Shown: positions 1-13,318 of the stretch, piece after piece
Position numbering within the stretch: position 1 is the first letter of the stretch
How the letters are laid out: every line of letters begins with the position of its first letter
NCBI RefSeq assembly: GCF_018350175.1
Contig: NC_058368.1
Location: forward strand, 76,882,001-76,946,000
Length of the DNA stretch: 64,000 nucleotides
From: Felis catus
Taxonomy: Eukaryota
Direction of reading: 5' to 3'
The notes under the pieces: generated by a model
What the model saw: the letters and a program-made list of their open reading frames with translations, nothing else
Told to the model about the DNA's origin: nothing
Database searches by the model: none
Made by a program: the position numbers and the translations under genes

Positions 1-166
1 GGTATTTTCCTTCTTAATAGTGCATCGATCTGCTTGCTCTTTATCAACCATATAAACTTTATAATATTCATACTGGCCAACAGTTTTAGAGTCCACTTTG
101 GGGCAAATAATATCCAATTTGTCTCCTATCTGTGGGTATAGTACCAGTCCTTGTCCAGGTAGAAAT
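1..166 (-). CDS. EFNB2: Ephrin-B2 coding exon 2 (5' part; runs off the window start)
   Basis: Minus strand: T-rich tract, ...ttttag|A TTT CTA CCT..., translating to [55 protein letters not shown], the ephrin receptor-binding domain. Phase 2 joins exon 1 (AA+A = Lys). Confidence 0.98.
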
Positions 167-3012
167 CTAAAAGCATTAAAAAGAAAAAAAAAAAAAAAGC
201 CACTGAGTTGATAACCATGAACAGTATTCACAATAATTACAATACAGCCACGCAAGGCCAGTAATTCCAAAGCATACTTTTATAAATCCACATTTGTATT
301 CATCCAAAGTATCTTAGTTCAGATCATCATGGGGCGAATGTATTTAGGAACCAAGCTTTAAAGAAAAACAGTCAAAAAGAAACCACTCTCCTTACTCCCG
401 AGTAGGATCAGTCAACCTCCTGACACTTCTTTTTACCACCTCCTCGCTTGTAATATTTCAGGACTCCTTTGTATAACTTCACAATAACTTTTCCTGGGTG
501 GTGAGTCACACCTTCACACCTGTTTGTTATTTTTTAAACCATCGGCAGCTTTAGTTTATTGGGCATGCCACAGAAAGATGGCAGGGATTCCAGGGAACAG
601 TGGGTGCACTCACACTCTGTTGTCCTGTTAGTTTCCATTTGCTGTTGATGTTAATTAACAGACAAGTTTCATCAAGAATGTTTCAAATTACTTATCATAA
701 TTAGTGAGCCACTGATCAAACAATGGGGTTTTTATTACACCGAACAAAAGAACTGTCTTACAAACCCATAAAAGATAACCAGAAGTAATTCCCTCGAGTA
801 TTGATTCAGCTGCAAGATGAAGAGTCCCCAAATTACAAGGACAGCCACTACGGTCCCTGCTTCACAGACCTTTTTTTCTGCCTTGAGATGTATTTGCTCC
901 AATTAATTCTTAGAAGCAAATCTTCAGAACTAAGATGACTGAGACAATATCCCCCTGGTGCTTACAGCTGAAAGCTTACAGCTTCTCTCCTCTTTTCTCC
1001 CTCTTGCTTGCCATGCTGCTGAAAGATCTTTCTTAATGGGGAGTTTCTCTGAGAAGCGGACACAAGAGCTTTCTAACGAACATCCACCTACAAGTGCTAA
1101 CACTAACAACACACTTAGAAACCCCATCTCGTCCCTCCCTCCAAGCAGCCAAGCCTGTAGGCTCATTAAAATACTCAAGCCCAAGAACAAAGCATCACGT
1201 CTGAATCCTTCCAATCCAACCCTTTATTTAACCAGGGAAGCCCACCAGCCATGACAATGAACGGGTCATAATTCACAGAAAGAGAGAGAGAGAGAGAGCG
1301 AGCGCACGCATACCTGGATGATGAGGCACCCCAATTCCAAATACACAGTGAGGATACAGGTTATGATTTATGCTAATGAATGGTATTAATTTTTCTGAAA
1401 AGCACATGAGGTTGTTATGAATCATCAAAGAACATAAGAAATTGTGGTATAGATTTATATTAAAAACCAATACTCTTTATGGCAGGAAAAACGCACGCTG
1501 CACACGGTTTATCACCTTCCTCAGGAATGTGTTACTTACAATCCCTAAGAGAGTGTGTGTGGTTCCTCCTCCCTTTCTTTCCCCCAGACTCCTTTAGCAA
1601 GGACATGGCATTCATAGAAAGAGAGAAAGAAAGAGAATCTAACAAAATCTTTCTCAAAATGAGTATTTTTTAGAACAATGACAAACTTCAAACAACCATG
1701 TGTGCACCTTGAAGAATTTCTACAACTTCTGACAAATGAGGGTCACCACTAGTCAAGAGCCTCTCTGTGACTTTTTTGGCCATTTGTATGGTTTTCTGGG
1801 GAGATGCTTTGAAAATTCAAGTCCCAGGCTATTGCCCCCGCCTCCTAAGTGCCAGTGTGCTCTCTTCTCGGCAATTCTGTCTTTCTTGTGGGTAAAACAC
1901 AACTCTGGGTTCTGGGGGGCGGACTGAAGGGCTGAACCAGAATTTACTCCTGCCTCTCACAGCGATTCTCGTGTATTCTTGTGGTCACGCAGTGGGGGCA
2001 GGATGCCTGGCAGTCGGTACGAACGAAATGTGCTGGCCTTCCTGACACATCCTTTTCCTCCTCTTTTATTCCTTGACCTTCTTAGGAAATCTTCTCTGCG
2101 TCCAAGAACCAGGGGCCAATTCCTGCCTGGGGGTGCCCACTGCACTCCAAACTTTTTCTGTCCTAGGTCTGCTCCTCGGGGAGCTGGCAGAGAGAGAGAG
2201 CAGCACGTGTTAGCTGTGTTAGAAGTATTCCTAAACCACAGCTAAGGCCTGCAGCCTGCAGGCCTGGGTCTGCCTCCTCTCAAAGCACTGGTCTTCACCA
2301 TCAGCTGTGACCTGGGACCATCTCCCCAGGGACTCGCTCGGGGCTTTAGAGACCAGGATCCTTTGCGGCCAGATGGACCCACCTTCTTGTGCATCCAGTC
2401 AATTACCTCAAGGAAATGGTTGGCTCGGCCCCCTCCCCCCCAGCCTCGGATCATGGCCACTTATCAGAACTTGCCCGCATCACACCCCGTATGTCACTAA
2501 GCTCTCTCTTCATTCAAAATGCTCCCTAGATTGTGTATCCTTCATGAGAGGGCTTTTTTTTTTTTTTTCCTGGCTTCACTAAAGAATCACTGCAGATTTC
2601 CTCCCCGCCATGTAAGTAACTGCTTATGATGGTCTCTTCACACTCCCCAAACGCGAGTTCCAGCTTGGGCTGCGGCTGACGGGCCGAGGCCACGAACCTA
2701 CGACACACGGGCCGGTCTGGCTGTGACGACCAGCATGTTTTAGACTGTATTCTCAGAAGGCACAAATCACCTAGAAACTGGAAACTGTCAGTGATGAGGG
2801 AGTGACGTACGGGGAGGGTTAAGCCATGGGATGGCCTGGCAAAATGAAAGAGAAGGGCAGAAATCTCGAATTTCAATAAGCCTATCTGATATGCTCATAA
2901 AAACTAAATCCCGATGAAGCACCCTATTGCAAACACTTTGCAAAGTGTCTGTTTGCTTTTCAGAACACACTGTGGCAAAAAGTAAGGCGACGATTTGATC
3001 CTTTTCCCTTTC

Positions 3013-3116
3013 AAGAATCCCTTAAACGAAAAAAAAAAAAAAAAAAAAGAATCCCTTAAAGGAAAAAAAAAAATCCCTTAAAGAAAAAAAAAAAAAAAAA
3101 AAAGAATCCTTTAAAG
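3013..3116. repeat. Four copies of aatcc(c/t)ttaaa separated by poly(A) runs
   Basis: Read directly. Confidence 0.95.
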
Positions 3117-5632
3117 AAAGGCCCAGCATTTCAGTGTTTTAAAGGTATACTTATTACATATATATACACACACACACACAATATATATATTTGCACGTAA
3201 ACTGGTTTATAGAACATGATTTATATATAATATAGTGTATGTAACATAAAAAATATATAATGTATATAAATACACGCATACATACTGATGAGACTATGGT
3301 TTCTCAGCAGAAACTGAGAGCCTGAATCATACATTTCTTGCCTACATTACCCACTGTGCACCATCAAACCTCAGAAGCTCCTTTGCTTCCCAGGAACCCT
3401 CAGTTTCTAAGGCAACACGAGAGCAAAAAGAGTGTCAAGTGAGTGTAACAACTAAAGCAACCTATTTTGTGCCAGATGCGCCGAGCGACAAAAGTGTAAG
3501 GCTCTCCTCACCAGCAGGGCACAGTCTAGCTAGCTCCCTGAGGGCAGGCAGGTCCCGTGTGTCTGAATACTGAATGCCCGAGGGCCACATATGGTAAATG
3601 CTCAATAAATTACGTATTCATCGACAAAATACGTAAGAACCAGTGGAAGCTAAGAAAATGCACAAAGAAGTTCAAGTCCAATTACGTGCCATTGTCTATT
3701 TGTGGATCACAGGCATGGAAGAATTCTGTAGACAGGACCCCCGGGTATTGGGACAGGGATGGACTGAGATGAGAGCAGGGATGGGATTTCCAAGACCTCA
3801 TTCCAGGCCTGGCGGTCTTTCTGGAGAGCACGGAGCAGTGCAGACTGAGCTTGTGATCCATTCTTTCTGGAAGGATCTGTCAGCATGGCAGTCTCGTACA
3901 ATCCCTTCCCATCTAAAATGCAGGGCACTTAGCCCCTCCAGAGCCACTAACAACAAAAACACCACTGCTTTGGAGAACTTCTTCTCGGTTACGCACCGAT
4001 CAAAGCCCTTTACATCACATTATCTTCATTTAGTCACTGCACACGTACATGACATGCCAAACAGATGAAGACTCGCTGTGCCAAACACGCGACACGACAG
4101 GAAAAGCCCCCTTCCTTTGCACACTTTTCAGTTCTCGCTGCATCACATTACAGCATAAATCTGGTTTTGCGAGCCGCAAGTTTTTCTAAATTGAGGTTTG
4201 CATAGATAAGCCACGAGGCTAAGCAAAATGAAGAGAGAGTCAACGGGACACACAGGCTTGCAAGTGCCACGTGGGGCCTAACTCCACGCCAGGCATGTGC
4301 CTGAAGCCTGTTCCAGATGTGGTCAGCTGAGACCACGGCTCACAAAGGCGGCCATCTGGTAACCCTACCTGGCCCAGGAGGCTGCGAGCAAACAGGTGGG
4401 GAAGAAACCGACCAACTTTATGAAATTTGTGTTTTGATCAGAATGCCACGGACGGTCTCCTGACAATTCATGAGAACCCAAAATGTAAATGAAAACAAAA
4501 TGGGGTGAATTTCTTAATACCACTTTTGAGTGGAAAACAATGCGTCCCATGTGTTAACATCAAGTCGGTAACCGTAGAGTTCTGCTTTTGAAGCTGGGTC
4601 ATTTATATTTGGATCTTACTACCTCAAGATTGAGAGACCTTAACAATAAGTCAGACTACACAGCATAAACAATGCCCTGAATATTTCGTAATATTTAGTA
4701 ATACATTTCTCCTGTTTTGACTTAGGAAATGTTCAAAAAAACCCACAGAATGATGGGGGTGGCAATGGGCTAATTTCAAATCACTAACCTGGCTCTCCAC
4801 GGTGGGGATCAGATACAGATTTCTTTTTGTGTGATGAAATAACCTTTACCTTCTAACCAAAAGGAGCACAGAGGAAAAGCCCCAGAGGTACAAGCCATAC
4901 CACGCAGGGGAGGAGGTTTTTATTAAACCATACGCAAACAAAAGTAGGTATAGGTGTCACTTAATAAAGTCTGCCGATTTCTAATCCCAAACAGAAAACA
5001 AAGACCTACAGGGCTTCGTGTCCTAGATAGGACAGAGACGGCTCCCTCTCTGAGCTAGGCTACTCTTCTTGTTGGGAAGGAGAAGTCACATCTCCTGTCC
5101 ATCAGGAGGCCTGGGGCTCAGGGCTGCTTCCTGGAGTGGCGCGGGCTGGGCGTGTCAGTGGAGGGTTCCCCAGAAGGCTCTAAGAGGGGAAGGTTGGGCA
5201 TAAACAGGCAGCTTCCATGGTTTTCCCCAGTGAGTCATTTCCAAGCAAGACAATAGACGTGATGGCTTTGAATCAAATATAGAGACAATAACGGAATAAA
5301 ACAGAAACCCTACATAGGGTTTCCAAAGTTAAGCTGCATGAAATGAAAAGGTCTGATAGCAGAATGTTTTTTATCTTATGATTACCTATCAAATGTAATC
5401 CAAGTTTTTTTTTTTTTTTAAGTTATTCAGCAAACCAGACTCTAGTATTTCCCATAGGGAATACTTTGAATCAATCTAATAACTGAAATTAGACATTAAT
5501 ATTTAGTAATCTAAATTAGATCTCTAATAATCTAAATTAGACATTTCAAGTTCATATTCATTATTGTAGAAACTATTTATAATACAGCTCTCATGTGACA
5601 TGATATTCCTTAATGTATTAATAATCCACACT

Positions 5633-5812
5633 GGGGGCACCTGGGTGGCTCAGTCAGTTAAGTGTCTGACTTCAGTTCAGGTCATGATCTCACGGTTTGT
5701 GAGTTCAAGCCCCATGTCATGCTCTGTGCTAACAGCTCAGAGCCTGGAGCCTGCTTCAAATTCTGTGCCTCCCTCTTTCTCTCTCAAAAATAAATAAAAT
5801 GTAAGAAAAAAA
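5633..5812 (+). mobile_element. Carnivore SINE (Can-SINE/SINEC_Fc-like)
   Basis: ggggcacctgggtggctcagtcagttaag head, CT-rich region, A tail; TSD taatccacact on both sides. Confidence 0.93.
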
Positions 5813-8800
5813 TTGTATTAATCCACACTAGGTATCCATGCTTAAAAAACCAAAACAACAAACAAAACCCCCAAGCATAATACATTTGAAGTATAAACCA
5901 GCTATTTCAGAGTTTAAGGGTCACAACATGCAATTTTCTCTGACAGACCAGAACATCACACGTGTGACCTCAAGTCTGGATTCCTCTGTTGACTCCTGTT
6001 ATGTTACCAGGACTCAGAGGTGCCTGGGAAATAATCGGATGGAGGCAGGGGGCGCCCCATCAACTTCAAACCCTGGCCAGATGGAATGCGAGGACCCATG
6101 GGAAGCCAGGGGCGGAGATACTTAGGGATAGCTGTGTCGGGGAACCACAACTGCACCCCTAACCCCACGACAAATGCCCCATTTCCTCCCCTATCTGGTC
6201 CCGTATTTGTCCCTGACCATGACACCCACACCTCAGGACAAACATTCAACGACTTCCTACACTTTTCTTTGGAGTTGCCCACCCAAAATTAACCTAGAAG
6301 AACGGCCAAGTTGTGGGATGGCCCCTTGATGCTGCTACAGTCTGTGAGAATCTACATGAAAATCAGAAGGCCTGGTTCTCCTGGGGGAAGCAATCCTGGG
6401 AAGGTGGACTGAAGACTATGCCCAACTGCCGTATAAACAAGGGCAACTCAGTACATGGGAGCCGAATGCAAAAGTACCACGCTGACACGGAATAACAGAG
6501 ATCAGAATAAGATGTAGACAGGACTGACCAGTTTCCGTGTCCAAATAACTGGGTCGGGCAAACCCCCTCCAGCCAGACACGATGACAGTGCTTCTAATGT
6601 AAAAAAGTCTCAGTCCCGGTCCAGAGCCGTTTGTATTTGCTACTATGTACCTAAGAATCTATTTAAACATCTGATCTTTCTGCATAAGTAGGGCAGGTAT
6701 CATCCACCTGAGAACGGGAACCCTGTCAAATCCTGCCAATGGGCAAACTGGGGAGACTGGAGACCCACCCATGATGTGCTTGCTACCTCAGGAGCACGAG
6801 ACTGAGTGAAATAAGATTCATAAATGAACAGAGGTTACTTTTTTTCACGGAGGACTGATCTTTCCTTTCGTTTCAAAGTTACATCAGAGTATATGGTCGC
6901 GGCCAATTTCAGCTGCAAACATGCACGCTTACACAACGTGCCTTACACCATTCTGCTTACTCTGCTGACGACACAGAAAACATACACCGATGATCCAACT
7001 GAGGGCCTTTACCTGAGACTGCTTTGAGCTACCGGGTGGTAGATTTAGGGTGATTTTCAGCTTTCTGCATTTTTCACAATTTTCTGCAGTAAACATTAAG
7101 TGCTTTTGTCATCAGACCTGGGACATCACATTCAGCGTACAGAGAACAAACTGTAGCCTGTTCCCGATCAGTCTTTCCAAATGCTGGTTTTAAAAATAAG
7201 CACTTAAAATATTTAAAGCCTGCAGACGTTTTAACCTTTTTGGTGCACTTCCTTAGAAAGTAACTAAATAAAGTTATTATGGGGGGAAGTGTGGTCTATT
7301 TAAGAAGTCAGTTCCTGAGTCCACAAAAGCTTAGTAATTAGTGCACAAGCAGTGTATTCACATGAATGAAAAATACGGGATGGGTATGGTTTATGCTGAA
7401 TCATTGCACTGCAGAACTCTGTCAGTTGGCTAACATTTGAGGGAATCTGAGTTCCAGCTTCAGAAGCAGGTCTGGCCCAGGAGCTGGCACCAAAAATCAC
7501 ATCCGATCGCGGAATGGGTTTATTTGCACGCCGGAGTTCTTGATTAAGTACGCTTTGCATTTACTACATTTTGGAAAACGTGCCCTTTTCCCAGAAGATG
7601 CTCCTATTTTTAATTAAACGCCAAAGGCTGCAGAGAAAAGGAGCGGGTCTGTTTGTAAATTAGTCCCTTTTGAAATCTGAATGAGAAAGAGCCCTCTGTA
7701 GCTTGGCTGGCCCCTGGTGGGGCTTTCTGGTCACCCCTGACAAACGGCTCTGGGTTAGCCCAGACCCACGCGTGACCCGGAACGTCACTGTGCCCTGGGG
7801 GCCTCCCACGTCCACATGGACTGTCAGAGCGTGGACACAGCAGCCCAAGAAGATCCTGTTCAGAAACACTCTGTGCACCAGAGAATAGAAATCCTGCAGA
7901 AGCAGGACTTCAGCTCGTATGTGGATTTCATCAGCGAGCAGAATATACTCCTCTTGGATCACTTTGTTTAATGCTAGATGGCTGCCACGGTTTCATAAGA
8001 CCAGCTCTCTGAGTGCCCCGCACACAAGTGTTTCTTACAAAGGGAATAAATAAAAGCAGGGCCCATGGCAGACAGAGGCAACATGGACCCGGAGAGATAC
8101 TTGGAAAAAGTTTCCTTTTTGTGGATAGCCCTTTACTGCCCCCTTTAGCACTTTCACATCAGAACAAGATTCTGCACAAACTTTCTCCGAAACCAGAGAG
8201 AGTGGGGTGTAGCTGTGGGGTGTCAGCTTTATCCAGAATTAGGTCACCAGATACCACGGCTTGGAGTAGCAGGTTAAAGGGCGAGTGCACCACGATCGTG
8301 TCAGTGGCTCTAAACCTCCAAGAAATAAGGCAGTCATTGGAGGTCTTAACTGACATTTTCTGCTTTAATTCGAAAGTGTATGGGTGCTGGGACAATGGCT
8401 TGTTTTCACAGGTGCCCCTTCTTTCACACTTTTCTCACACAAATATCATCTGCAACATGAACCTGATTTATTCAAGGAAAAGAAAAGGGGAATAAAAGCA
8501 GGCTGTACAATCTGGGACCATTAAAGTGTTATAAATCTAAGAGCTGAGTTGGGGGGGGGGGGGTGCCTTTCAAGCTTCACACCAATGACAAGCAAAATCT
8601 TTTCCAGAAAAAGAAAGATGAGAAGCAGAGAAATCGCAATGCGCTGTGAGGCGGTGGATGAGCAAACCAGTTTACCAACTTTTCAAGGTGAGGAGTGTGC
8701 CTCTTTGTCTCTGTACACGCTGGCGAAAAAGCATTCAACTAGAGTCTAAAGGAGAAGTTTTCTTTCTAAAATCCTAATATGCAAAGCCAGAGGCCTCACT

Positions 8801-9162
8801 CTGGCCAGTGACCTCAACTGGTGCTGCTGAGTGCTTTTATTTCAACTTAATCCACTTCCCTGTCGTCCTACAATTACTGTACGAGTCAAAATAATATTAA
8901 GTTTCACAGCCTGCAATGCTGCACAATTGAATGAAAACGGACTCCTTTTGATGTTAATCTTGTTTTTTATTTGTGACATAGTGCTCAAACATTGGTGGCT
9001 AAGGTGAATTTTATTTTAGAATGTTCAAATATTCTCATGGTTTAGGTTTCCATTCAGGAAAATAGCGCAAGTTATTTATTTAAGTTTTATCTGTCCCACT
9101 GTAATAAAAACTTCCAAGTCAGAGGCCAGTCTACAGCAAGCTGGGGTTGAAAAAGATATCTT

Positions 9163-9287
9163 CGCACACTTATGATGAGCAGCGAGTACTACAGACAACT
9201 GTTGAATCACTCTGTTATACACCTGACACTAACGTAACACCATGTTAACTATACTGGAATTAAAATAAAAAACTCAATAAAAAAAGA
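9163..9287 (+). mobile_element. 5'-truncated carnivore L1 3' end with TSD
   Basis: gttgaatcactctgttatacacctgacactaac...ctggaattaaaataaaaa plus A tail; TSD gaaaaagata at 9149-9158 and 9288-9297. Confidence 0.8.
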
Positions 9288-11599
9288 GAAAAAGATAGCT
9301 TTGTCTCTGTAAGTCAGACGTTGAGCGTGTCACTGTTTTCCTTTCCCAGGTTCAGAGAGGAGCTGATCTCTGCAATGGAATTAAAAACAAAGATCGGCCA
9401 CTTGCAACAACAGCAACAAAACAATAGAGGTTTTTATTTATGGAACAGATCTAAGCTCCCCCCTTCTCTCAAAACTTTCAGAAAAGCCACCCCATCAAGT
9501 CTGTAGCTCGAGAAGGCAAAACTGGGGTGGCTGGGAGGCGCAGTGGGAAAGCAAGAGGGAAGTGAGTCACCCAGGCCAACTCTGTCCTGCTGGCTCATCC
9601 ACTGGTCCCATTGGCGAAACAGGTATTTCAGAACCCTCAGAGGCAAGAGACGCTGCGAGCGTCTTTCCCAACTGGGATCTGTTTGCACCTGTAAGGTCTT
9701 GTTCCAAACGTGCTATTAGCAAGAGTCTATAAAGGAAGGTGGGACTCCTGCTATTTATAGGTGAGGCACCAGAAAGAAAAGTGGCTTTCACATCCATACA
9801 GAAAGAAATTCAAGGGGCATTTCCAGATGGCTCTCTGTTGTTTTAGAGAGAAGTGTGTGCATCCCCTTGCTCATCTACTTGAGTGGGAGCATCGCAGACA
9901 TGAAAGGCACATGTAAATCACAGAAGGGAGTGGTTTGGCGTTTTAAAAACTGGAAGGAATGGGATTAAGATCTCCTCGCACAGCAACATCACAGTCTAGA
10001 GTGTGGGCGTCTCTTCCTTCCATCTCTTTCTTCCCCATCATCACAGTTTTTTTTTTTTTTAAATTCCAAAGAATCTTGCCTATTTAGAAAAGCAATTCAC
10101 CCATGTTTCATGGGTGAATGAAAAACCTCTCCCGTTTGGTGGGGAAACGGCACTAAAAGAAAGAGGCACACCAAGAGGGTCCAATTCCTTCTCTTCAGGC
10201 TGGGGTGTGACCCCGAGAGTGAGCCTGTTGTGTTTACTGAGGGATGCCCGGCCCTCCACCCCACGGCCTTGCACAGAGTGGGCTGCTCAGAATGAACACT
10301 TGGATAAGTAAGGTTTAAGAAGAGACAAAACTCGCTTCTCTCCTGATAGAAGCCTGCCAACACAGCTTACAAGGCTGTGTGCCATCGCTTTACAACCAAC
10401 CACCTAAACGCCTGCCTCCTGTGCCCTTCCTTCTTCCCGGGCTCCGGAGGAGGGTCAGGGACAGGTGTGCTGGGGGCACTGGGCAGGACACAGCCCAGAG
10501 TGGGCAGGGGGGAGGGAAGGAGGAAAGCAGGTCCCACGGCGGGCAGGTGGGTCCTGCTGACATCACACAGGAGTCAAACCTGACCGGCTGGAGACTTGCA
10601 CGCAGATCCCCCCGAACGGTATTTTATGAAAATGTCCACGGCGCCCTGCTCTAACTGTGCGCAATACATTTCCTGCTCTGTCGCCACAAGCAGCTCGATG
10701 CGGCTTCACCAAAACACAAAAGTGCACAGGAATTCAATACTCTTAAGCTATTCAAGCAGGCCGCGTGACTGAGTTAAACCGAAGGACACGGGACACGGAC
10801 AAACGAGGAGGACACCCTGGGCCCTGAACTCTGGCCTGGCTGAGACCTGTAGCCGGCTGCGGGGTCCGCAGGTGAGCAGACGCCGAGGTCAGGTCCTGGG
10901 GAAGTTGAGGAACCTCCTTCTGGAGGCAGGAGAGGCCCAGGCTGCCTGGCTTCCTAAAACAAACTGCTCCGAACTCGCAGAACATCAAAAGCCAGATGGG
11001 ATATACTGAATGGATCCACAGGCAAGAAGCCAGAATCCCAGTTTGCTGTAGAAATAGGCCTGGACTTGATTTGAGTCTTCTCAGCTCTGACAAGCTGGAA
11101 GCTGGCCCGGGTCCCAAAATCCAAAATAAAATGGCATTTAATTGTGACTAGACTCTAAAAAAGATGTCATCCTATCTCCTTAGCCTGACACACACCCGCG
11201 GCACCTTATCAAATGCAGCCCTCCTCGGGAAGCCGACCTCTTCTCCCAGCAAAGAAATGATCAAATATTTAAAATTTTTAAAAGGAAATGTTAATAGTCA
11301 AAGGAACAGTACTCGATAAATGCATTAATATTACCTACTTTCATAACGGTCTAGTTTCCATTAGGTAGGACTTTGTTATCAAAGATTCAAAGGATCCATT
11401 TAGAATTGTAATAGCCATCATGGGAAAGGTTATAAATCAAGATCGACATGGAAAGGATTACACCTCAAACTTTTTTTTTTTTTTTAAACCCACCATGCAT
11501 GCACTGTTTTTGGTAAACGTAGGCTTAATTTAGTTACACGATTTCTAATTACTCCGTGCCATCACATGAGAGAGAGAGAGAGAGAGGCAGAGAATTAAG

Positions 11600-11830
11600 A
11601 GAAAGGGTCCCGGAAGCAGAGGAACCAGAGGAACCAGGTTCAAACGCAGACGGTACCACTTATTAGCCATGTGACTTTGGGCGAGTTAATTAATGTGCCT
11701 TGGTTTCCCCACCGATAGATATCACAGGAGTCATCAAAGCACCTCCCTCAGACAGTTACTGTGAAGGTTTAATGAGTCAGTATTTGTCAGCTGTTGGAGT
11801 AGCATCTGGCACATGGAAGGAGCTCTGTAC
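11600..11830 (+). mobile_element. MIR
   Basis: ccacttattagccatgtgactttgggcgagtta...ttggtttcccc core and ctggcacatggaag tail. Confidence 0.7.
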
Positions 11831-12334
11831 CACTGTGGTTAACACCAACTGTGTCCACCAGGTGAGTAGGTTTCTAAAGAAGTAACATGTAACATTAATG
11901 CAAAAAATGCTACTCTTCTGCCCATCCCTACAGGTTGCATTCACGTATGTGTTCAACAACACGATCTCCTACTCCATCCTGTACTAGGATCCACAAAGCG
12001 GATTCAGCCCAGGCTCTGCTCAGTCCATGGTGGAGAAACTGATTTCTTCAGTGTTACAAATGTTACAACAAAGCATCAGGGGTCGGGTCGGGGAAGAGAG
12101 GAGACAGCGCCTACTTTACGGTAGAGAGGAAATAACGTGCTTCATATAACAAAAAAGTCTTAAAGAATGAGTAGAAGTCTGGCAGGTCAACCCAATACAA
12201 CACAACAAACCTTGAAAGGTGAACATGGCATTTTGTAATCTTTATTCACATGTCATTTTTACGTATTCTGCATTTGTATACGGTAAGCAAAGTAAACCAT
12301 AGCCAGGCACACAGATATTCAATTAGTTTTTATT

Positions 12335-12555
12335 AACAATAGTTGACATTTATGGCTTCATTGTGCCAAGCACAGAGCTAAGCTCTTTTAATCCTGACCA
12401 CAATTTTATTACTCTTTTATTCAGCACTATTAGATTACCGCCTCCATTTTAGAGACAGGACACGGAGGTTACTCCCCTAGTTACACAGTAAAAAAACAGC
12501 TGCACTGGGACCGGCCCCAAACAGCCAGATTCCGAAGCATGTACTCTTAGCTCTT
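12335..12555 (-). mobile_element. MIR
   Basis: tgtgccaagcacagagctaagc...ctccattttagagacagga...ggaggtt antisense core. Confidence 0.65.
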
Positions 12556-13103
12556 AACTCGGTGAAAACGGCACTTGCCTGGTTGTCTTTGCTAAATCAA
12601 ATCGCCAGACCTTTCCGTTACCATCACATGTGTCTTGAACCAGGAGGCACTGCTAATTGTCCTATTAGGAAAGGTAGCTGAAATCACTGTTGGCATCCCC
12701 CCATTTGCCTCATTTGTAGGGTCCGTCTTTGAGCTATGCTCACATGTATGAAGTGCTGTGGGTGCTCACGGCTGTACCCTTGACGGACACACACACTCTG
12801 AGCTGTGGTGTTACTGCTCTGACTTGCTTCCTGCGTATTTCAGAGATCTCCTGGGACGACACCTCCACCACGGCTTCCCTCTCCTTGCCTCAGAATTTAA
12901 GTCTCTTGAGGGTAGAGACAGTCCTTTCTCTCATCAGCAACGGGGCCTCAGAGTTAACAAATGCCTGTTGACTACATCAATGTTTTACCCACTGGGGATG
13001 ACCGAGATGATCCCTATGGCCTCCAGCAAGGACAGGACCACAGATTTCTTCGAAGATTCCAAAACAACCTTAGAAAATGATGAGCTAATGTTGAGCTGTT
13101 TCC

Positions 13104-13134
<31 letters not shown>

Positions 13135-13144
13135 TGATTGAGGG

Positions 13145-13318
13145 CAGTGGTTCTCAAGGTGTGGTCTCAGAGTGGCATCAGCATCAGCTGAGAGCTGGTA
13201 AGAAATGTAAATTTCAAGCCCTGCCCAGACCTTGGGAAGGTAGAACTCCCGGGGTGGGGCCCAGCAAAACCCTGTTTTAACAAGCCCTCCAGGTGACTGT
13301 GTGCCACTAGGGCCACTG
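13145..13318. mobile_element. MER5A-like hAT-Charlie DNA transposon
   Basis: cagtggttctcaa...ccactg termini; gcatcagcatca and gttttaacaagccctccaggtga internal motifs. Confidence 0.85.

Noticed and set aside
3013..3116. Repeat-spacer-repeat pattern superficially like a CRISPR array
   Set aside because: Spacers are homopolymer A runs, repeats are only 12-14 bp, the context is mammalian and there are no cas genes.
5633..5720. tRNA-like A/B-box sequence here and in the other SINE heads
   Set aside because: These are tRNA-derived SINE promoters, not tRNA genes.
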